From Guillardia theta CCMP2712 (taxonomy: Eukaryota > Protista > Cryptophyta): 41,123 nucleotides of DNA. Where the stretch lies: NCBI RefSeq assembly GCF_000315625.1, contig NW_005434433.1, positions 1 to 41,123 of the forward strand. The letters are read 5' to 3'. Positions within the stretch are counted from its first letter, which is position 1; each line of letters begins with the position of its first letter. Both the position numbers and the translations under genes were made by a program. The notes beneath the pieces were generated by a model. The model saw only the letters and a program-made list of their open reading frames with translations, was not told the DNA's origin and searched no databases. Shown here piece after piece: positions 1 through 9,014 of this stretch.

Positions 1-30
1 GTGGTGCAAAATGAACGCCTCGAATCCCGG

Positions 31-732
31 GAGACAAGACTTTTTATATCGCAGATCCAAAAACCCATAGGACATTTCTCCCAGGGGGAAGAAAACCTCC
101 CTTGACCCCCCTGTTTCTCGACGGATCCTGCCGGCCGGGCCCGTCAGTAGACCGACTGCAGCCTTCAGCCCCGCCTCAGACCCCCTGGAGGCCCGCCAGG
201 AGGCTAAGTGTCCGGAGATTGGCCGGGGGCCTGATCTCTCCGGGCGGCCGTGACCGGTCAGCGGACCGTGTCAGCAGGCCCGTGACATGTCAGCCGGCTG
301 ACAGGGGCCGTGACCCGGCTGACAGGCTCACCTGACCGGTCACGTGACACATCACGTGACCGAGACAAGACTTTTTTATATCGCAGATCCAAAAACCCAT
401 AGGACATTTCTCCCAGGGGGAAGAAAACCTCCCTTGACCCCCCTGTTTCTCGACGGATCCTGCCGGCCGGGCCCGTCAGTAGACCGACTGCAGCCTTCAG
501 CCCCGCCTCAGACCCCCTGGAGGCCCGCCAGGAGGCTAAGTGTCCGGAGATTGGCCGGGGGCCTGATCTCTCCGGGCGGCCGTGACCGGTCAGCGGACCG
601 TGTCAGCAGGCCCGTGACATGTCAGCCGGCTGACAGGGGCCGTGACCCGGCTGACAGGCTCACCTGACCGGTCACGTGACACATCACGTGACCGAGACAA
701 GACTTTTTTATATCGCAGATCCAAAAACCCAT
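31..732 (+). repeat. Left array: ~2.1 tandem copies of a 332-bp GC-rich unit
   Basis: GAGACAAGACTTTTT starts at 31, 362 and 694. Copies are near-identical (T5 vs T6 in the T-tract). The match ends at AAAAACCCAT (732). Confidence 0.97.
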
Positions 733-758
733 TCAAGCAGATTGCAATCGTGCCTATT

Positions 759-1559
759 ATGGACATATATGCCGTGGATGGGCTATTGCCGCGTGTTACG
801 AACGAGGCAAATGTTCGTCTGCATGTCCGCATATTGCAGGATACCTACGCATTTCTCTGCAAGAAGTTCATTTACGACGCGATGTACAGATGCCCTTGGC
901 AGCGAGTCCTTGCTTACCGTCGCATGTGCTCCAAGGCACCGCCAGCGCCGTCCAAGTGGTCCAGACTTCCCAAGTTGGATTTCAAGGACCTCCCCGTGGA
1001 TGTGCACTTGAAGATCTTTCAACACCTCTTCAACATAACCACGTTTCCCAACACTTGTATCACAGTGAAGCGCCCGTTTAACCACGGTGCGCTAACTGGC
1101 ATAGAGTTTATCAACCGGATGCGAGACACTAACGTGGCGAATGCGTCTGTTGCTGCCATGGCATTCTCTTCGCTTCCATACATGGAACATGTTGACGATT
1201 CCCTCCTGTTGGCGGTTCTACCTCGGCCTGAGGGTCAGGTTCCCCTTCACCATGAGGAGCAGGACATTGTCAATGCCAAGGTAAATGTTGGTGTCAGCTT
1301 GACAATCCAAACTGGTCCGAGGCAAGTGTTTAGACTCGATCAGCCCAAGGACTCGCAGACACATGTCAACTTTGACGATTTCGTCCAGTACATAACCGCG
1401 ATCTTTCAGTACTCCACTGTGGCTCGTGCTGAATGGCGTGCGCAAGCCATTGAGGATGGATTCATCCAGGAGCCTGTCACTGCCACTAGCATGCCTGGCA
1501 TGGACTCCGCTTCTCTCTTCTATTACATACAGAAGCGCATGAAGCGCAATATCTTCTAA
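759..1559 (+). CDS. Hypothetical protein with internal F-box-like motif
   Basis: First Met outside the repeat is at 759; the frame is open from the repeat junction, so it may be 5'-truncated. DFKDLPVDVHLKIFQHL fits the F-box consensus LxxLPxEIxxxIFxxL. Confidence 0.6.
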   Translation: MDIYAVDGLLPRVTNEANVRLHVRILQDTYAFLCKKFIYDAMYRCPWQRVLAYRRMCSKAPPAPSKWSRLPKLDFKDLPVDVHLKIFQHLFNITTFPNTCITVKRPFNHGALTGIEFINRMRDTNVANASVAAMAFSSLPYMEHVDDSLLLAVLPRPEGQVPLHHEEQDIVNAKVNVGVSLTIQTGPRQVFRLDQPKDSQTHVNFDDFVQYITAIFQYSTVARAEWRAQAIEDGFIQEPVTATSMPGMDSASLFYYIQKRMKRNIF

Positions 1560-1636
1560 TTACTAGGCGTGTTGAGTGTTGATTTGCAGTAAATTCCAAA
1601 ATTCCACAAAGTCCACAGCTAAATGCACACCGTGAT

Positions 1637-2398
1637 TTATTCTTTAAAAATACCACTGATGCCTAACAGGAACGTGTACGTAAAGTTGTGTATCTCATTT
1701 TGGACACATGCCAGAACGGCCTCGTCAAAGTATTGGCGAGAGAGGAATGGCTGGAGCACTGAGAGCACTGTCATTACCGGTCTTTTGCAAGCGATTCTCT
1801 TTCGGTAGTCCACGAAGAACTCATCGATCTTGCGCATCAGGGCTTCATCCTCCAACGTAATAGCGGTTGTTCCGTCATCGACAAGGCAGAGCATCTTCAC
1901 GATCTGAAAAAGAACCCTCTCGAGGTGCCTGACCCTCTGGACGGGTGTATCATCCGTGTTGATGATAATCACATGACTCGGAAGACACACCACACCGCGA
2001 TCATCTATCATAAGATCCAACTCTGCCACATCTCTGCGCAGTATGCATCCGTGCTGCTGCAGAACCACCCATGTACGGACAATGTCCTCGACACAGGTAA
2101 TCCAGCAAATCGATCCACGGGATTTTCCAAACGATCTGTAATTGGGAGCTCGATAAGGATAGCAGCAACCTGTGTCTATGAGTGCCATACTACGGTCATA
2201 GACGCCATACATGCAGCACATCTCCACAACCCAGCGGATCAAGTCGGCATCTAAGCGGGTAAGAATACAGCCGTGCTCCAAGCGACTATTCACAGCGAGA
2301 AGCACGAGCAGCAGAACCTCGCGGTTCACCCATGCCAGAGCCAGGACTTCCCTTGTTCGGCTCGTGGGTGTAAAGCAATGGGAACAATATTTGGGCAT
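1637..2398 (-). CDS. Hypothetical protein (N-terminal CxxC)
   Basis: 253-aa ORF; TATTTAAG 28 nt upstream of the ATG; stop codon overlaps AATAAA on the - strand. Confidence 0.75.
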   Translation of the reverse strand: MPKYCSHCFTPTSRTREVLALAWVNREVLLLVLLAVNSRLEHGCILTRLDADLIRWVVEMCCMYGVYDRSMALIDTGCCYPYRAPNYRSFGKSRGSICWITCVEDIVRTWVVLQQHGCILRRDVAELDLMIDDRGVVCLPSHVIIINTDDTPVQRVRHLERVLFQIVKMLCLVDDGTTAITLEDEALMRKIDEFFVDYRKRIACKRPVMTVLSVLQPFLSRQYFDEAVLACVQNEIHNFTYTFLLGISGIFKE

Positions 2399-2435
2399 TG
2401 GGTCCGTTTATCGTGTTTCACCTATCTTAAATACA

Positions 2436-3683
2436 CTATACATACGACAAATGATAGAGGTCTACGGCGGCCTTTCTCGCCTCCTCAATATGAATTCTTG
2501 ATCCATACCGCACGTCCACCTTGACAAAGTGCCAAAATGGCATCTTGAGCGGTTCCCCTTGATTGGAAGGCATTCCCTGAATCAAATACATACAGTCTAC
2601 TATACCGTCCCAGTGCTGGGGTAACAGTGTCTGCTCCATACCTATCTCCTCAATATCATCCATATCATCCTCTTCGCTATCGTCCCCTGTCTCCCAATCC
2701 GAGGAAGACTCAACCTCTGGGGTTCCATTCACTTCCTCTACGACGACATCAAACCTGTCACGATCCTTGACTACGATGCCTCGATCACACCTTATGGGTT
2801 CCAGCTTATCATGGAATCGCTCCTTGAACGCGTTCAGCATCAACGTAGCAAACTTAGAATTGAGACGGCATGTCATAACCAAAAACACCAATGCCTTCCT
2901 AGCAAATTGCACGTCTTTGCTCAATGCAAAGTAACTGTGCTGTATGAAGATATCGAGTGAAAACGCGTTGATGTCAAAAATGTAACACTCATCCGAGGGT
3001 ATAACCATATGTTCCACGATCATACGAGTGAACTCAGAGTGCAACCCGAGTTTCTCGCATACAATTCCCTCGGTCGCAAAAAGATACCGATCACCAATCG
3101 TCTTCAGATGCTTGCGCAAGATATGATTGTAACACTTCTCAAACATACTCCAAATGTCCTCCACCAAACAGGGGAGCATGGCATTCATCGAGAAGCTGTG
3201 CCAAGGGTTCATCTCCATGCACCAAAACCCAAACACAGAGGTGCGACGGCCCTCGTAACACACAAACTGAACCCTGTCGACATTCACCCTGAAACGATGC
3301 GTATACCCGTAAAGTAAAGTATAGCACCAGTGTGCCATGTCAACGCTATTCGCCATCCCCAAAACGTCCTCTAATTCCTTTGTCCCTCGCAGAGAAAACT
3401 CTTCCTCCGTTGCAGTCACCAAGATGATCTTGTAGTTTCCGTATTGCATGAACTCGTAGTCAAACAGATAACCATTGCGATAGGGCGACTGGTCCAAGCG
3501 GATGTCCTTGAATACCGTTGCAATCATATCCTCGTAATACAATATAACTGAATTAGAGAGCCTTTTCAGACGTTTCTGTGTCCCGTATCGTGGTTGCATG
3601 TACTTGTGAATCTCCATGATGTCGAGGTTGGTCATGCGTGCGGACATGGTTGTTTCCACCAAATCTGGACAGTGTGCTTTCAT
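2436..3683 (-). CDS. Hypothetical protein with acidic patch
   Basis: ~415-aa ORF, first ATG at 3683 (exact start uncertain); acidic stretch ETGDDSEEDDMDDIEE. Confidence 0.75.
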   Translation of the reverse strand: MKAHCPDLVETTMSARMTNLDIMEIHKYMQPRYGTQKRLKRLSNSVILYYEDMIATVFKDIRLDQSPYRNGYLFDYEFMQYGNYKIILVTATEEEFSLRGTKELEDVLGMANSVDMAHWCYTLLYGYTHRFRVNVDRVQFVCYEGRRTSVFGFWCMEMNPWHSFSMNAMLPCLVEDIWSMFEKCYNHILRKHLKTIGDRYLFATEGIVCEKLGLHSEFTRMIVEHMVIPSDECYIFDINAFSLDIFIQHSYFALSKDVQFARKALVFLVMTCRLNSKFATLMLNAFKERFHDKLEPIRCDRGIVVKDRDRFDVVVEEVNGTPEVESSSDWETGDDSEEDDMDDIEEIGMEQTLLPQHWDGIVDCMYLIQGMPSNQGEPLKMPFWHFVKVDVRYGSRIHIEEARKAAVDLYHLSYV

Positions 3684-3691
3684 AAGCAAGA

Positions 3692-3816
3692 TCTAGCACC
3701 CACGTCTAGCACCCCTATCTAGCACTCAGATCTAGCACCCACGTCTAGCACTCAGATCTAGCACCCACGTCTAGCACTTACGTCTAGCACCCCTATCTAG
3801 CACTTAGATCTAGCAC
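3692..3816 (+). repeat. 10 x TCTAGCAC-N5 array with strict 13-bp period
   Basis: The invariant 8-mer occurs at 3692+13n (n=0-9), with variable 5-nt spacers (ccacg, cccta, tcaga, ttacg, ttaga). It lies between divergent genes, just before TATAAAA (3835). Confidence 0.95.
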
Positions 3817-3872
3817 CCAGGGCAGGGCCATGCCTATAAAACCCCACAACGGCCCAGGGGACGGCAGAAACC

Positions 3873-5183
3873 ATGTCCTCCACGCAGATGACTGTCTATG
3901 GAAAGGACAATGTCCTCTCACTTTTTCACCACCTTTCCACACAAGAGGTATTCCTGCACATGAGCATCATCTTCTTCCCCTTTCGAGGCATCGCCCATGG
4001 CGACGTTATGGGATTCCGATACAGTAATTTCAAGGGCAAGCCGTTGCGCCGCCAGCCCATTACGGACCTGTACGAGTTTATTCGGAAAAACGACATCTGC
4101 TCTATCCACCTTGGCGGCGAGCTGGATCCAGCGGTCAGGGGCACTCAGATCACCTACACGCTTCGCCATCGCATGTTTGTTATCGACATCGACACACAGA
4201 CCCTAGATCCCCAGGTTCATCTCCTTATGGTGAGTTTTATTGCCGCCAACGTTTATCAGAGCTTTATCCGTGAATCCACAAAAGACATGCAACAGATCCT
4301 GGTTTGCTGCAGTGGAAAGGGATGGCACATCTATTTTGCATTCCGTCAGCTATACTGGAGTGTGCAGTCTGAAGACTGGCAGCGCGATTTAGAGAGAGAT
4401 CTGCGCAAAAGCATCATGCGCTTTGTGAATCCTGTACCCATCCTGAGTGCCCGGAGCCCTTCGGATTCGTACATTACGTTTGCTAGGCAAGACTATGCCT
4501 GGAGAAACGAGACTCTTGAGGGCACAGAGGGCACTGTGTGGATCCCCTATTGGTATCGAGAATGGTACGCTATCATTGAACCCCGCTTTGTCGACGCCTG
4601 CACAAACCACACACAGTGGTTGTCACAGTATGGGCCTATCAAGTCCGTCCTCCATCAGATGTGTTGCTTCGTCGATGGTATGGAAAAGAAGTTTATGCTA
4701 CACCTGTTTCAATCTGTATCTACCATGACCAGCATCAAGGACATCTTTCGCTGGGTCCAGTCCATGCGCGAGAAAGTTTCATGGTTTCAAGCGGATTGCA
4801 TGTTCAAGACGCCGGAATTGGTGAAAGTATCCATTGCATATGCTTGTATCGAGCTGGAATGTCGCAAGACTGGGTTCTTTATCGACATGGGTCTTGCCGA
4901 TCCCACTCATATGCTACGGGCACCTTTTTCTCCAAAGATCTGGGATAACGGCGACGACGGTTTTATCTCTCTCCCTCTTGGGGATCCCTACACCGCCCTG
5001 AGCGCCACCAACTGCACCATGCGGGTCAGTGAGTTTACACCAGATGCCATCGCTCCAAACGTTGCCCACTTCAAGAATTGGTACAACCACTCTATGCCCA
5101 AGATCATACCCAGGGAACCCATGCCCGCCAACAAAAAGGTCATCGCCAGGGCCTCGCCGTATAAAACTTACGAGCTATTCTAG
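3873..5183 (+). CDS. Archaeo-eukaryotic primase, small (catalytic) subunit-like
   Basis: AEP motif I FVIDID, motif II SGKGWH, motif III region IDMGLADPTHMLRAPFSPK (cf. eukaryotic PriS RLD...HLLKSPFSVH). TATA box upstream. Confidence 0.85.
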   Translation: MSSTQMTVYGKDNVLSLFHHLSTQEVFLHMSIIFFPFRGIAHGDVMGFRYSNFKGKPLRRQPITDLYEFIRKNDICSIHLGGELDPAVRGTQITYTLRHRMFVIDIDTQTLDPQVHLLMVSFIAANVYQSFIRESTKDMQQILVCCSGKGWHIYFAFRQLYWSVQSEDWQRDLERDLRKSIMRFVNPVPILSARSPSDSYITFARQDYAWRNETLEGTEGTVWIPYWYREWYAIIEPRFVDACTNHTQWLSQYGPIKSVLHQMCCFVDGMEKKFMLHLFQSVSTMTSIKDIFRWVQSMREKVSWFQADCMFKTPELVKVSIAYACIELECRKTGFFIDMGLADPTHMLRAPFSPKIWDNGDDGFISLPLGDPYTALSATNCTMRVSEFTPDAIAPNVAHFKNWYNHSMPKIIPREPMPANKKVIARASPYKTYELF

Positions 5184-5190
5184 ATTAGAT

Positions 5191-5745
5191 ATGAGTGTCT
5201 TTAATTTGGCTGTTTCTACGTATGTAAAAGCGTACACATTTGCTTGCTACCACCGGAAAATACTTCTTGGTATCCCAGAGGACGACTCTCACTATGCCCA
5301 TCTTGGCCATGTGTTGGGGCCCATGACCTTTGTCCTCTTCTTTGTACTCATGTGCATGCTGCCAACCCTTGTGTTTAAGATGGACTTGGCCTCTGTACGC
5401 TTCCTCTCACATTTTCTCATGGCCTGGCTCGTGTACCTTTTCGTGCTCTCTCGCACCATATTCTGGTTCCCAAACGCCACGATGCTGTGCGGGCTCATGT
5501 TTGCAGTCCACATGCTACACGGCGTGCAGGGCAGCCTTGCTGGGCTATCCAGCCGCAAGCTATTCATGGGCAAGACGATCAAGATAACACTGAGCGTGGC
5601 CATGGTGGTACTGCCATGGGGCTTCGAGCTCTCCCCGACAAGGGTGTACCCTTATCCCAGCGAGCTCATATTCATTGCCTTCGCACCCGAACTCATAGGC
5701 AGTGCAATCGACACAGGGCTTCACATTATTGACATTGTATTGTAG
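5191..5745 (+). CDS. Multi-pass membrane protein, unknown function
   Basis: ATG at 5191 just after the primase stop; 4-5 hydrophobic segments. Confidence 0.7.
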   Translation: MSVFNLAVSTYVKAYTFACYHRKILLGIPEDDSHYAHLGHVLGPMTFVLFFVLMCMLPTLVFKMDLASVRFLSHFLMAWLVYLFVLSRTIFWFPNATMLCGLMFAVHMLHGVQGSLAGLSSRKLFMGKTIKITLSVAMVVLPWGFELSPTRVYPYPSELIFIAFAPELIGSAIDTGLHIIDIVL

Positions 5746-5779
5746 TATATATTACACATATTCTAACACAAGACTCAAG

Positions 5780-6322
5780 ATGGAATACAACCAATTAACC
5801 TGGCCGCCTGGCATGCATGTGATTGAAATCGACAATCTTATGATGGTGTATGGCCCAGGGTATGTTGCCTATGCCACCAGTGGCGATGCCATGGACTTCT
5901 TCGAGTACCTCGCCGATTATGTAAACAATCCGGAAAACCCACCGCAGTATCCGCATCGGCATAACCTCGAGATCCATTACAAGGTCGTCCAAGGAACCAT
6001 CCCATTGTATGTCTTCCATCGTCTCGAGCGCTTCCGCATGCATGGCAGTCAAGTGACATCTTGGGATAACTTGGTTAACACCCACGCACTGCGCACCCAA
6101 GTTCACCAGACCATCCAAAACGCACCCGACTTCCTGCACCACATGGCCAGAGCACATCGCAGCCACTCGTTGATTTTGGCCGAGATATATCGAATCATGC
6201 AGGGCCTTACACCACAGAGCCCCATCCCAGACGTCAACGATGATTTCCGCGAGCTCTGTGCCAATCACAGGAGGTTATACCACTCTATTTTCCTTCTCTT
6301 TGCCATGGACTTGCTTGAATGA
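5780..6322 (+). CDS. Hypothetical protein
   Basis: ATG at 5780 (MEYNQL) after an AT-rich spacer containing TATAT; 180 aa, tiles with neighbours. Confidence 0.7.
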   Translation: MEYNQLTWPPGMHVIEIDNLMMVYGPGYVAYATSGDAMDFFEYLADYVNNPENPPQYPHRHNLEIHYKVVQGTIPLYVFHRLERFRMHGSQVTSWDNLVNTHALRTQVHQTIQNAPDFLHHMARAHRSHSLILAEIYRIMQGLTPQSPIPDVNDDFRELCANHRRLYHSIFLLFAMDLLE

Positions 6323-6327
6323 ATGGC

Positions 6328-6927
6328 TCAGCACTGGCACATGTCTGTTATGAGCAGCTTCCAGATTTCGTTGGCCTTTGAGTTGACAAGACTAGTAATC
6401 TGTCCCTGCATAAGGGAGACAAACCACGGCATTTCTTCGTATTCGACATGTATTTCTGCAAATGGGGGTCGCCCCGCTTGAAGTTCACTTCGCACCGTAA
6501 TCTTCAGGCTTTTCACCATCGGAAGGTTTGAAATGACGCATGTCTCCAAGAACATGTAGCGATCGTTCATGTTACAGTTGAGTATGGATTGGTGCTTGTC
6601 CTGTTGTATTAGCGTCTGTGAAATAAATGGTGTGAGGAATGAAGGTGGGTCGATAAACGTCCGGTATTGCACGTCACGTTCCATCTCGTACAGGTACGGG
6701 CATGTGAACGTGTTCCCCGGCTGTGAGAGCTGGACCTGGGTCCCCTTCCATTCTGTCGAGGTGAAGTCATGCACGGAAGGATTCCACTTCAACAGTATGG
6801 CTTTCATGTGGTCGGCTGTGAGCTGTGCAAAGTAAGCCTTGTCTACCTTACACTTACACTGTGGGATGGACCAATACGTGGCATCCGATGCAGAAACGAG
6901 CAGAATTATTAGAAACAATAGCTTCAT
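6328..6927 (-). CDS. Secreted protein, possibly START/VASt-like lipid-binding fold
   Basis: Clear signal peptide MKLLFLIILLVSASDA. A beta-rich core followed by an amphipathic C-terminal helix (PWFVSLMQGQITSLV) suggests a helix-grip fold; the fold call is weak. Confidence 0.65.
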   Translation of the reverse strand: MKLLFLIILLVSASDATYWSIPQCKCKVDKAYFAQLTADHMKAILLKWNPSVHDFTSTEWKGTQVQLSQPGNTFTCPYLYEMERDVQYRTFIDPPSFLTPFISQTLIQQDKHQSILNCNMNDRYMFLETCVISNLPMVKSLKITVRSELQAGRPPFAEIHVEYEEMPWFVSLMQGQITSLVNSKANEIWKLLITDMCQC

Positions 6928-6962
6928 TCTATTTATTTTACATACAGACTATTTTTATACGA

Positions 6963-7403
6963 ATGCCTCTCCAAATACCGGAGAGCGCCGAACAAAGCGA
7001 AACTGCAAGGCTGTTTCACGATGTGGTCATTCGGGATGCATACGCGATGATCCTATCCTGCCCCGATCCCGCTATGCTCTTAGATCGGTATAACCGCAAC
7101 ATACTCATAGCACACCAGTCCCTTCTACACACCAACAGCGATATATGCCTACCTCTGTCACAGAAGCAATCCATCCTGACCGACCGCTTGCTGCTACTAG
7201 GGATTGCTCATGCACACATGCTCAACATCTGCCAACCCCTACCGCTCCAAACCAGGGGTTACAGCATCCACCTTAAACCCACAAACAAATGCAAGGGCAA
7301 CAATGTGAGGCGTTTCGGTTCCACTTTATTCCATCGTTCTACCTCCAAACCAGGCCCGTATTCTGAAATCCCTTCACATGGGTGTACCAGTTGGGATATA
7401 TGA
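6963..7403 (+). CDS. Hypothetical protein
   Basis: ATG at 6963 (MPLQIPES), divergent from the 6927 gene across a 35-nt AT-rich spacer; 3' end overlaps the next gene. Confidence 0.55.
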   Translation: MPLQIPESAEQSETARLFHDVVIRDAYAMILSCPDPAMLLDRYNRNILIAHQSLLHTNSDICLPLSQKQSILTDRLLLLGIAHAHMLNICQPLPLQTRGYSIHLKPTNKCKGNNVRRFGSTLFHRSTSKPGPYSEIPSHGCTSWDI

Positions 7404-8433
7404 TAAACAGATCCTTTCCAGTGACCATCCATTCACCGTTCTTTACAATACAGGATTCCATCGGAACAAACACGTCTTTCACATGTGCATATGACATGTG
7501 CATGATATCCTCAGTCTGCACAACGACAGACAAAAATTGAAAAAGCTCATATTGCTTGATGCCCAGTTTTTCATAGCACATCGGACCAAACATTTCCCGA
7601 AGATACATGATGATGTAGTTTGACTCGTCCGTGGTCCCTTGGCACCAAAGGAATCGAAAGAACGACGGATCTCTAAAGAAGATTTGATTGCATCTCATCC
7701 AAAAAGCTATAAACCAATTCAAATGGAACGTAAACGGATTCCTGGTTTTACTGCTGTGTACGTTCTTGGCATACCAGACCGGTAATCCACGCAGTTCATA
7801 ATTCATCAGGACATGCCCAACCGTCTGTAGGATAGAATATGTGACCACCGTGAGTCCTTCAAGCTCCGGCACGTATTTTCTCGGGTGTACACTGTCCAGC
7901 ACGTCCGGGAAGTATCTCCTTCTACACCGGATGACACCGGGAAACGTGCATTGTAGGGGTTCAAATGGGAAGCAGACAAACTTGTGTGTAGGCGTGACAA
8001 AAAGTGTTCCCCAACTGACAAACGTGAACACTTTCATCGTCTTATACAACACAACCGCATCACGGTACAACTGCACGCAGTTCTCCATGAACATTGCGAT
8101 ATTTTCTTCATCGACTTCCAGCTTTTGAATGGGCTTCGATCCTCGTGGACATACCTGAACACCGTAGTAGTATTCCATATTATGCACGGTTACAGCTCCC
8201 ATCTTGTTGTAAGGACAAATTACTTTAATTAGGCCATCTGATGATGCCTTCTGGATTAAAGAATTAACCTTTACCTGCCTATCGTAACCTTCCTTGTTTC
8301 TGAATATGGTAACCAGACGGTCCGCTACACGGTGTATGGTTGCCGTCTTACATGCGTCTACAAATTCAATGTCTTCCCGCTGTAGATCATTCTCGTCCCC
8401 TGAAATCTCAAACAGAATATCGTGGAGGAACAT
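7339..8433 (-). CDS. Hypothetical protein, possible degenerate protein-kinase fold
   Basis: 364-aa ORF. Spacing of VFTFVSWGTLFV..KFVCFPF..KYVPE..TVGHVL recalls kinase subdomains VIb-IX without the catalytic HxD/DFG. CDS is solid; the fold is speculative. Confidence 0.6.
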   Translation of the reverse strand: MFLHDILFEISGDENDLQREDIEFVDACKTATIHRVADRLVTIFRNKEGYDRQVKVNSLIQKASSDGLIKVICPYNKMGAVTVHNMEYYYGVQVCPRGSKPIQKLEVDEENIAMFMENCVQLYRDAVVLYKTMKVFTFVSWGTLFVTPTHKFVCFPFEPLQCTFPGVIRCRRRYFPDVLDSVHPRKYVPELEGLTVVTYSILQTVGHVLMNYELRGLPVWYAKNVHSSKTRNPFTFHLNWFIAFWMRCNQIFFRDPSFFRFLWCQGTTDESNYIIMYLREMFGPMCYEKLGIKQYELFQFLSVVVQTEDIMHMSYAHVKDVFVPMESCIVKNGEWMVTGKDLFIIYPNWYTHVKGFQNTGLVWR

Positions 8434-8497
8434 GCTTCAAACTTTTGCCGTGCCGTCCCTGAGCACACTCTGTCTTATATTCTCCGTTCCGGGTCAA

Positions 8498-8610
8498 GTG
8501 CTACATCGGGGGTGCTAGTCGTAGGTGCTAGACGTGGGTGCTAGACGTGGGTGCTAGACGTGGGTGCTAGACGAAGGGGCTGGACCTAGGTGCTAGATTT
8601 AGGTACTGCA
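8498..8610 (-). repeat. Second TCTAGCAC 13-bp-period array (reverse orientation)
   Basis: GTGCTAGA exact at 8525, 8538, 8551, 8564 and 8590; degenerate copies at 8498, 8512, 8577 and 8603. Confidence 0.92.
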
Positions 8611-8699
8611 TCTATTCATTCCAGAAAAAACATCGGGGTCCCCATTAAATGAAATAAATTCAATTAAATAAATTAATTCATTAATTCATGGGCATGTAT

Positions 8700-8945
8700 G
8701 GGGATGTGGTCACTTCAGACTTTCTCTCCAGTCAGGGAGGGGGGGGTCTCCATTAATTCATTAATTCATTAAATTAAATAAATTAAATTAATTCATTTAT
8801 CCTGTTCTTCTAATAATAAATAAAATAAATAAGTTTCACAGGACAGTATAATTAAATGAATTAAATGAATTAATGAATTAATTAATTAAATGCCTCCCCC
8901 CCCCCCTCCCTCTGGCCGGAGAAAGTTGAGATGACCACATCCCCC
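8700..8945. other. Large imperfect palindrome with AT-rich core; candidate replication origin
   Basis: Arms: GGGGATGTGGTCA 8700-8712 / TGACCACATCCCC 8932-8944; ACTTTCTC 8719-8726 / GAGAAAGT 8919-8926; GGGAG8 8735-8746 / C8TCCC 8899-8910; inner ATTAATTC repeats vs GAATTAAT repeats. The palindrome is seen; origin function is inferred. Confidence 0.7.
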
Positions 8946-9014
8946 TACAAACCACTTGTCAGTGAAGTGCAACATGAGTATTTAAGCCATGTTTTGGGCA
9001 TGCCCAGATTTGGT

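Noticed and set aside
102-667. 77-aa and 107-aa ORFs in the left array, and their copies at 38741-40650
   Set aside because: Non-ATG starts, Pro/Arg-rich translations, repeated only because the DNA unit repeats; broken in other copies.
3692-3816. CRISPR-like repeat/spacer appearance
   Set aside because: 8-bp repeats with 5-bp recurring spacers are far too short; no cas genes; eukaryotic context.
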